Source: a virus
Lineage: Duplodnaviria; Caudoviricetes
Length of the DNA stretch: 64,000 nucleotides
Direction: 5' to 3' (one strand)
IMG/VR virus record: IMGVR_UViG_2518645549_000001
Location: 32,001-96,000 of that record
Each line of letters opens with the position of its first letter. Within the stretch, counting starts at the first letter, position 1. Made by a program: the position numbers and the translations under genes. Below the pieces are notes generated by a model. That model had not been told where the DNA came from and did no database searches. It saw only the letters and a program-made list of their open reading frames with translations. Below are positions 9,798 through 18,617 of this stretch, piece after piece.

Positions 9798-10672
9798 TGG
9801 CACGAGAGGCTTTCAATACGCGATGGGCGCAAGGCGTCGAGACCCAGGACAACGACAACACCTTCAAGGTGCCCGACAACACCAGGCAGAATACTGGATG
9901 GGAAGGCGGCCAGGACAAGGACGCGCCTCGTGCTGGCCAGGAGAACTGGTGGCACAACCGGGTCGATTCTGCCCTGCAGGACCTGGAACGACGCGGTGTA
10001 ATGGCCTACCACCCTCAGGCGGTGTATTCCTCCGGAGCGCCGTGTTACACGCCTGAAGACGGGTTGTTCTACGAGTCGATAGCAAACGCCAATACAGGCA
10101 ATGCGCCGGCCAGCAGCCCGACGTTCTGGCGATTGATAGGGACAAGCCTCTATTCGTCGTTCAGTGTGGGCGAATACAAGGATGTTGCTCACAACGGTTC
10201 GCCCGACCCCGGCTGGCTGAAGTGCACCGGAACCACTTTGAGCCGTGCCGCCTATCCAAAGCTGTTCGCGGTAATTGGCACCAGATTCAATACCGGCGGC
10301 GAATCTAGCCTTGAATTCAGGCTGCCAGATTGGCGCGGGATGTTCCCTCGGTGCCTTGATGACGGGAGAGGGGTTGATACCGGGCGAACAATGGATGGCG
10401 TGCCGCAGCCCAGTCAAAACTTGGCGCACGGACACAGCGGCTCAGCATCCAGCACGGGGCAGCACAATCATACCCTTGCCCTTCTGCGGGACCGAGCAGG
10501 AACATTAAGCGAGAACAACGCAGTTTATGGTGATGAAAACTATTTCGGTCAAGACACCAAAACTACGTCGAACGCGGGCAACCACACCCACACCATCAGC
10601 ATCGGCTCCAGTGGTGGCACTGAAGCACGATCGGTGAACCTGACCCAGGTACGTTGGATTCGCTATCTATGA
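9797..10672 (+). CDS. Short tail fibre with tail-collar domain
   Basis: PGWLKCTG..LSRAAYPKLFAVIG, FRLPDWRGMFPR, HxH repeats, EARSVN. Confidence 0.85.
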   Translation: MAREAFNTRWAQGVETQDNDNTFKVPDNTRQNTGWEGGQDKDAPRAGQENWWHNRVDSALQDLERRGVMAYHPQAVYSSGAPCYTPEDGLFYESIANANTGNAPASSPTFWRLIGTSLYSSFSVGEYKDVAHNGSPDPGWLKCTGTTLSRAAYPKLFAVIGTRFNTGGESSLEFRLPDWRGMFPRCLDDGRGVDTGRTMDGVPQPSQNLAHGHSGSASSTGQHNHTLALLRDRAGTLSENNAVYGDENYFGQDTKTTSNAGNHTHTISIGSSGGTEARSVNLTQVRWIRYL

Positions 10673-10860
10673 ACCAGAAAACCGTCTACCAGTACGACGC
10701 CAACGGCTTCTATGTCGGAGAGGCCATTGCCGAACGTGACCCTCAAGTCCCCGGGAACTGGCTACTTCCTGCCGGCTGCACAGAGACAAAACCTCCGATT
10801 TTCACAGCCGGCAGGCTGCCGAAGTGGGTCGGCTACAAGTGGAAATTGATCAGCCCGTAG
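10669..10860 (+). CDS. Tail fibre assembly chaperone
   Basis: VYQYDANGFYVGE...LLPAGCTE..PP motif. Confidence 0.75.
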   Translation: MNQKTVYQYDANGFYVGEAIAERDPQVPGNWLLPAGCTETKPPIFTAGRLPKWVGYKWKLISP

Positions 10861-10867
10861 GTGACAT

Positions 10868-11311
10868 ATGGAACGCAAGGCCAAGAGACGCTTCACCGAC
10901 AAGATGGAGCTCTTCTGCCTCGCCTATGTCGAGACCGGCAACGCCTCCGAGGCGTACCGCAGGTCCTACAACACCACGAACATGGCTGAGAAGACAGCCC
11001 AGCGCGAGGGCTACAACACCCTCCAGAAGCCGCAGGTGCAGGCCCGGATCGAAGAGTTAAGGAATCAGGTCATGGATCGCCATGAAATCACCGTCGACAC
11101 GCTGCTACTCGAGCTTGAGCAGGCGCGGAGACTGGCCCTGGAGACCAAGAAAGCTGCGGCTGCTGTCACCGCCACCATGGGCAAGGCCAAGCTTCTGGGG
11201 CTGGACAAGCAGATCGTCGAACTGACCGGCAAGGGTGGCGCGCCGATCGAGACCCAGTCCACGATCAAGGTCGATCAGGAAGCGCTGGACGCGGTCCTGG
11301 GCTGCCTATGA
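10868..11311 (+). CDS. terS: Terminase small subunit
   Basis: TDKMELFCLAY..GNASEAYRRSY, P.VQARIEEL, ELTGKGGAPI. Confidence 0.9.
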   Translation: MERKAKRRFTDKMELFCLAYVETGNASEAYRRSYNTTNMAEKTAQREGYNTLQKPQVQARIEELRNQVMDRHEITVDTLLLELEQARRLALETKKAAAAVTATMGKAKLLGLDKQIVELTGKGGAPIETQSTIKVDQEALDAVLGCL

Positions 11312-12921
11312 ATGACCTGCTCGACTGGGAGGCAATGAGCAGCGCAGAAAGGCAGGCAGCAAGGCTCATCAGCGAGCATTCGCCGCTGTCGTTCATGCGC
11401 GTTTGGTTCCAACTCAACCAGGGCATGAAGTTCCTCTGCAACTGGCATCACCGATACATGGATCACACGGCCCTGCAGGTTCTCCAGGGCAAACTCAAGA
11501 ACGTCGTCTTCAACATGCCACCCGGCGGTACCAAGACCGAATACTGGTCGATCCATCTGCCGGCCTACGTAATGACGAAGTACGACCGTACTCGAAACCT
11601 CAGCGTCTCTTACTCGAAGGCACTGGTGGAAGAGAACTCCAACCGGATCAAGTCGATTGTCGAGAGCAGTGAATACCAGGATCTCTGGCCCTGCTCGCTG
11701 GGCAAGGCCGACGTGGCCAACTGGATCATCTGTGACGAAGACGGTCGCAACAAGCACCAGATGTTCAGCCGCTCAACGGGCGGGCAGATCACCGGCGTGC
11801 GGGGCGGCTACATCTCCGAGGGATTCTCGGGCTTCATCAACCTGGACGACCCGGAGAAGGCCGACAGCGCGTTTTCGGCGACCATGCGGGCCAAGGCCCA
11901 GCGCATCGTCACAAACACGCTGCGCAGCCGCCGCGCATCGCCTGACACGCCTGTCATCTGCACTCAGCAGCGCCTGCACACCGACGATGTGTCGGGCTTT
12001 CTGCTCAAGGGCGGCATGGGCCTGGACTTTGCGCATATCAAGGTTCCTGCCCTGGTGACCCGCGACTACATCGCCAGCCTGCCGCCTGAGATCAGGGAGC
12101 ACGCAGAGCGCGATGTCTTCTGTGGCCCGTCCGTGATACGCGGCGGGGTGGAGTACTGGTCCTACTGGCCGGCCAAGGAATCGGTCCACGACCTGATGGC
12201 GCTGTGGGACAAGGACGCGTACACCATGGTCAGCCAGTACCAGCAGGAACCGGTAGCGCTCACTGGCGGCATGATCGACGCGGACTGGTTCAAGACTTAC
12301 GAGCAGCTGCCGTTCCTCGTCTGGCGCGGTGTTTACGTGGACACCGCCCAAAAGACGGACGAACAGCACGACTTCTCAGTCTTCGCCCACTGCGGCCTGG
12401 GTATCGACGGAAACCTCTACATCATCGAGATCGTGCGCGGCAAGTGGGATGCAGGCGACCTTGAAGCAGAGGCCCTGAGAGTCTGGGCGCGCTGGAAGCC
12501 CTGGGATCAGTTCCGGCCTGCAGCTCTGCGTTACATGCGCGTCGAGGACAAGTCCAGCGGAACCGGCCTGATCCAGACCATCAGCAAAAAGGGCTCCATC
12601 CAGATCGAGCCGCAACCACGCGGACCAGCCTCCAACAAGGTCACCCGCTGTATGGACGCCGTCCCGTGGTTCAAGTCTGGTCGAGTGTTCGTTCCGGCCA
12701 TCTACGACGAGCAGGGCCGGCCTATCACGCACGTTAAAGATCACAGAGGCGAGGCCTTGGGCACCACTGAGTGGGTAACGACCTTCCTCACCGAGGCTGC
12801 AGCTTTCACAGCTGACGACACGCACGACCACGACGACCAGGTAGACACCATCTTCGACGCCGTCGCCGACATGCTCATCAACAACACCGGCAGCTTCTTC
12901 TCCAGCGGCTGGATCTCGTAA
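11308..12921 (+). CDS. terL: Terminase large subunit (resembles T1-like pac terminases)
   Basis: NWHH, NMPPGGTKT Walker A, INLDDP Walker B, QQRLH, QYQQEP, VDTA and HDDQVD nuclease motifs. Confidence 0.92.
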   Translation: MNDLLDWEAMSSAERQAARLISEHSPLSFMRVWFQLNQGMKFLCNWHHRYMDHTALQVLQGKLKNVVFNMPPGGTKTEYWSIHLPAYVMTKYDRTRNLSVSYSKALVEENSNRIKSIVESSEYQDLWPCSLGKADVANWIICDEDGRNKHQMFSRSTGGQITGVRGGYISEGFSGFINLDDPEKADSAFSATMRAKAQRIVTNTLRSRRASPDTPVICTQQRLHTDDVSGFLLKGGMGLDFAHIKVPALVTRDYIASLPPEIREHAERDVFCGPSVIRGGVEYWSYWPAKESVHDLMALWDKDAYTMVSQYQQEPVALTGGMIDADWFKTYEQLPFLVWRGVYVDTAQKTDEQHDFSVFAHCGLGIDGNLYIIEIVRGKWDAGDLEAEALRVWARWKPWDQFRPAALRYMRVEDKSSGTGLIQTISKKGSIQIEPQPRGPASNKVTRCMDAVPWFKSGRVFVPAIYDEQGRPITHVKDHRGEALGTTEWVTTFLTEAAAFTADDTHDHDDQVDTIFDAVADMLINNTGSFFSSGWIS

Positions 12922-12978
12922 TCCCCGATTCGCTGACCGCGCCTGGCGCGCTCTCCAAACTCGCCCAAAGGAAATGAC

Positions 12979-15609
12979 ATGGCTGATCAAACTCAGCGCC
13001 TTGAAATCGCGACCGTGCGCGCGGAAGTCGGCAGCAACATCGTTTACCGCTTTGCAAATGATGCGGCCGCCGCCGGCCCGATACCAACTGAGTCGGGCGG
13101 CATCCAGAACCTCAAGCAGGTCATTCTGGAAATCCAGGCTGAAGCGGCTGAGAAAATCAGCATTTCGACCACTATCTACCCGACTGTGGCCGCCGGCCTG
13201 GGTGCGACTGCGAACCAAGGGATTTTCCTGGTTCAGTCGGATGACGCCAACGAGATCTATGCAGTTTGGAAAAATGAGGAAGGCACGGCGGTAAACACAG
13301 GCAAGACAGCATTGTCAGCGACCGCCATCCAGACGGCGCTGGACGCTTCTAATGAGGCGGCTCAGGCAGCTGAAGACGCGGCAGACGTCGCAACTACCAG
13401 AACCGCTCGCTACCTCGCGCCATCAGCGACTCCGCCAGTTGTGCGCGACGACGGACTTCCTCTCCAGGTCGGTGACGTCTGGTTCAATACTGTCGATCAA
13501 TCCGAATATCGCTACACCGATAATGGGTGGCGGGCCAACGACAGCCTCCAGGCTGTTGCGGACCTCAGAGAAGAATTAGAGCCAGACCAAGTCAGAAAAC
13601 TCGCAACATACTCTGCATTGCGGAACTACACAGGTTCTTACAAGTTTGTAGAGATAACTCAGAAAGGAATCGACGGCCTTTTCGTTGCGTTGCCATTTGA
13701 TCCCAAGGACGTAGATGATGGAGCTACGAAGATTGTCAGCGCTGACGGCCTAATTACATGGGTTAGATCCTTTTCAGGTGCCGCATACGCAAGCTGGTGG
13801 GGCCTAAACGGTTCAGGAGATGAGACGTCAAAGCTTCAGCAAGCGTTCGATAACTCTGGGGGGTGGCTTGAATTCGAATTCGGTAAAACCTACAGATACA
13901 ACCCTGCGATTGGCATCAACGTAAGCAAGCCACTGCGACTGGTAACCAACGGCTCCATATTTAGGGAGACCGCTGCAAACACCGATTTTTCTTTCAATAT
14001 AACCGCAAGCCCATTCCATGCTGACAGCATGAAGTTTGAGTTTGTTGGATCCGGCAATGCTAGATTCAATGAGCGCGGCGTGACTATCAGCGGTTCGAAT
14101 ATCAGAATTGGATCAATCTCCATCACTGCAGAAAATTCGCAGACTGGGGCCAACAACTCCGCATATTGCGGCATCAAGATTGGTCCCGAGACTAATGATG
14201 TGCTGTCCTCGTCAGTGGAGATAGGTTCAATAAGTTCGAAAAATTGGGACCGTCCGGTCATGTTCCAGAATCTCAGTGCGTGGCAGGTTGGCTCAATTGA
14301 TATTCAGGTTTACCGACGCGGGATCTATGTCAAGGACTGCAAGTACGGGAAGATTCTTGGCGGCAGCGCGAAGGGAATGAGCCCGACGTCAACTGGAAAG
14401 GCAGGTGAGAATGCGATTCTCCTAGAGTCGGTGGCAGCGGATTACGCCACCGAAGAAATCAGGATTTATGGGTTCGCGGGCGAGGATTCTGGTGAACATG
14501 GGTTCCGCGTCGGTGGGCAGAAGATTATGCGCAATATTTGGCATATCGGCTGCTCAACCAGGAACACTGGGCTGGGCTATGGTACGGCCCCGCTACCGAA
14601 CGATGATGACCACGGCGGATGCGGATTCAAGGCGCTCGGACCGACCTCTGTCCCGGGGGCAATGCATCAAGGCATTCACTACCTAAGCTGTACTGTTGAG
14701 AATGCAATTATCGAAGAAGGGAAGGGGTTTAACTTTGCCGGGTTCAATATCGGAAAAGTGTACGGCGGATCTATTGCTGACTGCAGTGTCATACCTCCTG
14801 AGGGCAATCTGTCGGCGATCAGCTGCGGTAATGGGATTGAGTTAATTGGATGCGAGAATACGCAAGTTTCTAACCCGACTATCATAAGCCCGAAGTTCAA
14901 CGGCATACTGTTCTACGACAGTGCTGACTCTGACGGGCAGTATTGGGGCAGCAACAACAACATCAGCGTAGATGGCGGCCGTGTGCGCGGAGCTTCGGTG
15001 GCTGCCGTGAAGGCTACCGCATTCTCGAAAAACATGCGTAAGCTTGCGGTGAAAGGGCTAAAAGTCGAGGCTTGCGCGTATGCACTTAATGCCGAGAAGT
15101 CTGGATCTGGTCTATTCACTGGATGTACATTCGACGGAGACTGCTGGGGAGTAACGACTGAGCTTTTCTATGGGGCTGCAGACTGGCTGATTTCCGGGAA
15201 GGGCGAGTGGATCGGCGCGAACGTTGTTCAGCGTGGATCAATATTCCAAGACTGGTCCAGCAAGGCGCTCAAGCAGTACGCGGCGTCAGGCTGGATCAGC
15301 GTTGATGGATCCTTCACAATCTCGCTTGCGGATGATGCTTTTTTTTCCTGGACGCCCAAGAAGAGCGATATGTGGGTTCTGATATCTACCGGGGGTACCA
15401 CCTACTATGGGCAGCTCTGGGTTCGCACCACATCTTCACCGGCATCCGTCAAGGTAGCTGGCGGCACCAACCTAGCTGTGATGAACTCAGCCCTTTCCGG
15501 AACAACAGGAGTTGATGGAAACATTACTGTCGGGGTCCAGTCGGGTACACTATATATCGAGAACAGGGCGGGGAATAATCAGACGATTACCATAACTCAA
15601 CTTGGTTAG
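12979..15609 (+). CDS. Tailspike/depolymerase (parallel beta-helix)
   Basis: Phage-type N-terminal anchor, DETSKLQQAFD beta-helix entry, Gly/Asn/Ile-rich beta repeats, lower GC in the distal part. Confidence 0.8.
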   Translation: MADQTQRLEIATVRAEVGSNIVYRFANDAAAAGPIPTESGGIQNLKQVILEIQAEAAEKISISTTIYPTVAAGLGATANQGIFLVQSDDANEIYAVWKNEEGTAVNTGKTALSATAIQTALDASNEAAQAAEDAADVATTRTARYLAPSATPPVVRDDGLPLQVGDVWFNTVDQSEYRYTDNGWRANDSLQAVADLREELEPDQVRKLATYSALRNYTGSYKFVEITQKGIDGLFVALPFDPKDVDDGATKIVSADGLITWVRSFSGAAYASWWGLNGSGDETSKLQQAFDNSGGWLEFEFGKTYRYNPAIGINVSKPLRLVTNGSIFRETAANTDFSFNITASPFHADSMKFEFVGSGNARFNERGVTISGSNIRIGSISITAENSQTGANNSAYCGIKIGPETNDVLSSSVEIGSISSKNWDRPVMFQNLSAWQVGSIDIQVYRRGIYVKDCKYGKILGGSAKGMSPTSTGKAGENAILLESVAADYATEEIRIYGFAGEDSGEHGFRVGGQKIMRNIWHIGCSTRNTGLGYGTAPLPNDDDHGGCGFKALGPTSVPGAMHQGIHYLSCTVENAIIEEGKGFNFAGFNIGKVYGGSIADCSVIPPEGNLSAISCGNGIELIGCENTQVSNPTIISPKFNGILFYDSADSDGQYWGSNNNISVDGGRVRGASVAAVKATAFSKNMRKLAVKGLKVEACAYALNAEKSGSGLFTGCTFDGDCWGVTTELFYGAADWLISGKGEWIGANVVQRGSIFQDWSSKALKQYAASGWISVDGSFTISLADDAFFSWTPKKSDMWVLISTGGTTYYGQLWVRTTSSPASVKVAGGTNLAVMNSALSGTTGVDGNITVGVQSGTLYIENRAGNNQTITITQLG

Positions 15610-15611
15610 CG

Positions 15612-15642
15612 ATAAGCCAGAGGGGTTATCCCTCTGGCTTAT
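15612..15642. terminator. Bidirectional hairpin between convergent tailspike and moron
   Basis: ATAAGCCAGAGGG / CCCTCTGGCTTAT 13-bp inverted repeat. Confidence 0.75.
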
Positions 15643-15652
15643 TTCGATGAAA

Positions 15653-17173
15653 TTAGCTTATTGTAAACTTGAACGTTGTTTTCGTATCTCCATGGGATCT
15701 AAATATAACCCGCATGGTGTGCGATATCTCGCTTCTGTTGGCTGGAATGTAGTTGATTCTTGATATGGCCCATTCACCGTGAGTGCTGTCGCACTCTAGT
15801 GAACCAATCAGCCTGTATCCTTTGTATAGAAAGAGTGCGCTGTTTCGTATCCTTACCTCTATGAGTGGGGATAGAACGAACCCGTGCTCTACTTGTTCTT
15901 TGGCTTCTGAAATAACTTCGTCGGTTATGGTGAGTTTTTTGCCGGAAAGGACAAAGTCTCGTGAAACTTTAACCCCTGGTATTCTCTGATGACTGCCAGA
16001 GAGGATAAATCCTGATGAATCTACTGATGACTTTTTAAATAGTGACTTGTGGTTTGTTTTGTTTCTAGGTAAATATGGTTTGCCAGATATTGTAACGACG
16101 CTGTGATGGCAAGATGAGCGCAGGTAGTCATTAGTTACGCGGTCTGCTTGGTCCGAGTACCCTGGGTCATCAAAAATCAGATCTCCATCTAACTCAAGAC
16201 AGAAAGATAAGTCGTCGTCTTGCTTGTGATGTGACGAATTCCACGAGCAGCAAGATGTGAAGTGGAAGCGTTTTCCCTCAATGGTGTTAATGTACGCGAA
16301 GAACCCATTTTTAAAATATGATTTTGGAGTCGATCCGTCCACATGGACTGACTGGGGCGCAGAATCAATCTCTGGGTGGTCCGACCTGATGTTCTTATTT
16401 GGAAGCCTAAATGAGTCACCTACCGGGAAATACTCGCCGTTACTTCTCGTGAAAAATGACAAAATCTCTTTGCAAGCCTCGGGCAGGCCTTGCGTCGGCA
16501 CCTGACTAATTTGTTCTTTGTATTTTTCTGATGCATTAAGGAATTTAATGGCGACCGGATAGTTGTATTCTTGGTACGAAATCGAATGCTCTTGTGTTAC
16601 GCCTTCGGAATCAAATATTGACGCTAGAGATTTTGCCCCCCTAATTGCTACGGATCTTAATTTTTCATCGTCTAAGTAACCGAGTCTTTCAGATGACTCT
16701 AGGATTGCCGTGTCGGCCATTACACCGTGATTATGCCCGTGCCGATATACTTCAGCGGATAGCAAGGTATTAACATCGGCAATCATAAGCTCTTTGCATA
16801 GAGCTACTGCCTCTGTCTCTCCCGCCAGATCGAAATCATCTATCATTTTATCTATATGTGACAAACGAATAGAGGTTGTGTGATCGCCAAGCCGAGTGCC
16901 AATCATATCGTTTTGATTTTTGTTTTTATAATGAAATTCAAAGAAGTCCATCAATACCAGGTGTCGTTTTTTTAATGGTATTGATTTCGTGAGCCATCTC
17001 AGGCTTAGAAGGTTGTGGCGCCAGTTTAGAACCTGAAATGGGTTCATCGACCAGTTTACTGGCGACTCTATTGTTACCTCTTTAAATCGACCATATTTTA
17101 TGGTGTGAGTAAATCCTTTTGTATTCATGACAGTATCTGTATGCGAGTTATCGTCCATGCGTTCGGGTGCCAT
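15653..17173 (-). CDS. Heparinase II/III-like polysaccharide lyase (moron)
   Basis: HNHG, EHS..YQ.Y, PVGDS, HHKQDDDLSF, DPGY, YLRS..HHS motifs; AT-rich, antisense. Confidence 0.75.
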   Translation of the reverse strand: MAPERMDDNSHTDTVMNTKGFTHTIKYGRFKEVTIESPVNWSMNPFQVLNWRHNLLSLRWLTKSIPLKKRHLVLMDFFEFHYKNKNQNDMIGTRLGDHTTSIRLSHIDKMIDDFDLAGETEAVALCKELMIADVNTLLSAEVYRHGHNHGVMADTAILESSERLGYLDDEKLRSVAIRGAKSLASIFDSEGVTQEHSISYQEYNYPVAIKFLNASEKYKEQISQVPTQGLPEACKEILSFFTRSNGEYFPVGDSFRLPNKNIRSDHPEIDSAPQSVHVDGSTPKSYFKNGFFAYINTIEGKRFHFTSCCSWNSSHHKQDDDLSFCLELDGDLIFDDPGYSDQADRVTNDYLRSSCHHSVVTISGKPYLPRNKTNHKSLFKKSSVDSSGFILSGSHQRIPGVKVSRDFVLSGKKLTITDEVISEAKEQVEHGFVLSPLIEVRIRNSALFLYKGYRLIGSLECDSTHGEWAISRINYIPANRSEISHTMRVIFRSHGDTKTTFKFTIS

Positions 17174-17285
17174 GTTCTGCGTGTCCTGATTAAAGATGAA
17201 AACCTAGCTTGTCGTGGCGGCGAATCCTTTCGATTCACATCGTCACTTTATACATCATATCCTCGATTATTTCATGGAGAAGACC

Positions 17286-17774
17286 ATGGCTCGGATTCCT
17301 TCCGAAAGTGCCAAAGGGGCGAACGTGCTCCGCTTCCTGGATCTGATCGCCTTCTCGGAAGGCACTTCTACCATCAAAGCCAGCGATGACGGCTACAACG
17401 TGCTGTACGGCGGCGGCCTGTTTCAGGGCTATGCCGATCACCCGCGGCGCAAGCTGACTTTTCCCATCAACGGCAAGCCGGTCACCAGCACCGCCGCTGG
17501 CCGGTACCAGTTGCTCGAGCGTTACTGGGATGCATACAGGGTCAGCCTTCGCCTGGCTGGCGGCTTCACGCCGGAGAACCAGGACCGCATCGCCATGCAG
17601 CAAATCCGTGAGCGCAGTGCGCTTGGCGACATCAAGTCCGGCCGTATAGAGCAGGCAATCGCCAAGTGCTCGAACATCTGGGCATCGCTGCCAGGGAACA
17701 ACTACGGGCAAAACCCGCACAAGCTGGAGAAGTTGCTGGCCCAGTGGCAAAAGCTCGGCGGGGCGCTGTCATGA
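17286..17774 (+). CDS. Endolysin (lambda R-like lytic transglycosylase)
   Basis: FLDLIAFSEGT, STAAGRYQ, WASLPG..YGQ. Confidence 0.92.
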   Translation: MARIPSESAKGANVLRFLDLIAFSEGTSTIKASDDGYNVLYGGGLFQGYADHPRRKLTFPINGKPVTSTAAGRYQLLERYWDAYRVSLRLAGGFTPENQDRIAMQQIRERSALGDIKSGRIEQAIAKCSNIWASLPGNNYGQNPHKLEKLLAQWQKLGGALS

Positions 17775-18289
17775 TCTGGCTGGCTGCGGTACCGGCCTGG
17801 TGCTGGTGGCTGATTGCCCTGTTGCTGGTCGCGGGTGGCCAGCAGTATCGAGTGGTGGTGGCTCAGGGCGATACCGAGACGGCACGCAGCGATCTGGCCG
17901 ACTACCGGCTCGAGGTATCTGAGCGCGACCGCCGCGCCGCCGCCCAAGTCAGAAGCGAAGAACAGCGCCGCCAAGCCGTGGCGGACAAGGAGGGCGAGAG
18001 TGCACGACGGAAACTGGAACTGGCCGAAAGCCGTGCCGCTGATGCTGAATCTGCTGCTGGCGGGCTGCGCGGGGAAATCGAACGACTGCGCGCCGGCCGA
18101 GCAGCAACCTGCGGTGTCATCGCTACCCAGCAGCGCCAGGCAGGAACCTCTGCCGTCGTGGTGCTCGGGGGATTGCTTGAAGAGTCTGACCGAATGGCGG
18201 GAGACCTCGCGAAAGCGCTTGAGCGAAGTAGAATAGCCGGGCTGGCGTGCGAGGCTGTGGTCGATGGAATCCGCCGGGGCGGTGAGTAG
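17771..18289 (+). CDS. i-spanin (Rz-like, DUF2514)
   Basis: N-terminal TM helix, coiled coil, RIAGLACE. Confidence 0.8.
   Translation: MIWLAAVPAWCWWLIALLLVAGGQQYRVVVAQGDTETARSDLADYRLEVSERDRRAAAQVRSEEQRRQAVADKEGESARRKLELAESRAADAESAAGGLRGEIERLRAGRAATCGVIATQQRQAGTSAVVVLGGLLEESDRMAGDLAKALERSRIAGLACEAVVDGIRRGGE
18000..18236 (+). CDS. Embedded o-spanin (Rz1-like lipoprotein)
   Basis: GTG after AAGGAG, lipobox LLAGC, Pro-rich, nested in Rz in another frame. Confidence 0.7.
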   Translation: MHDGNWNWPKAVPLMLNLLLAGCAGKSNDCAPAEQQPAVSSLPSSARQEPLPSWCSGDCLKSLTEWRETSRKRLSEVE

Positions 18290-18344
18290 CTATATAAAGG
18301 AAGGGAAACGGTCGGCAGAACGCCGGTAGAGGGGGCAGGAGGCG

Positions 18345-18374
18345 TGGGACAAAACTGGGACATTTAATGTCCCA
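18345..18374. repeat. Probable integrase arm-type sites of prophage 1
   Basis: TGGGACA direct repeat and palindrome TGGGACATT-T-AATGTCCCA near att core. Confidence 0.5.
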
Positions 18375-18467
18375 AATGATGATGAATCAAGATGCAGGAA
18401 AATGACGCTAAACCCAATAGATACAGGGGCTTGAGCGATTGAACCTAGCAAAATAGCAGGTTCGTAC

Positions 18468-18515
18468 CGGATTGCAAATCCGTCTACGCCGGTTCGATTC
18501 CGACCTCGGCCTCCA
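18468..18515 (+). other. att core: duplicated 3' part of tRNA-Cys(GCA)
   Basis: CGGATTGCAAATCCG anticodon arm, GGTTCGATTCC T-arm, CTCGGCCTCCA; no matching 5' acceptor strand. Confidence 0.88.
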
Positions 18516-18522
18516 CCATTCG

Positions 18523-18556
18523 AAAGCCCCGCAGATTAACGTCTGCGGGGTTTTTC
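18523..18556 (+). terminator. Intrinsic terminator after tRNA fragment
   Basis: CCCCGCAGA / TCTGCGGGG stem followed by T-run. Confidence 0.85.
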
Positions 18557-18579
18557 TTTGCGCGCAGAAAAACCGGATA

Positions 18580-18611
18580 GTTTCCGCATCCTGAGGCTTC
18601 GTTTCCGCATC
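18580..18611. repeat. Probable integrase arm-type sites of prophage 2
   Basis: GTTTCCGCATC direct repeat between terminator and int 3' end. Confidence 0.55.
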
Positions 18612-18617
18612 AGCGAT

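Larger units (their letters stand above)
1..18515 (+). mobile_element. Prophage 1 (contractile-tail, right part)
   Basis: Contiguous sheath/tube/baseplate/fibre/terminase/tailspike/lysis genes ending at a tRNA-Cys 3' duplication. Confidence 0.9.

Noticed and set aside
9797-15609. Diversity-generating retroelement or invertible fibre cassette
   Set aside because: No reverse transcriptase, invertase or template/variable repeat pair noticed
457-18289. R-type tailocin or eCIS
   Set aside because: Terminase genes and a tRNA att end indicate a prophage; head genes are presumably upstream of the window
18440-18518. Intact tRNA-Cys gene
   Set aside because: No 5' strand complementary to the CTCGGCC acceptor; only anticodon arm onward is present, as expected for an att duplication
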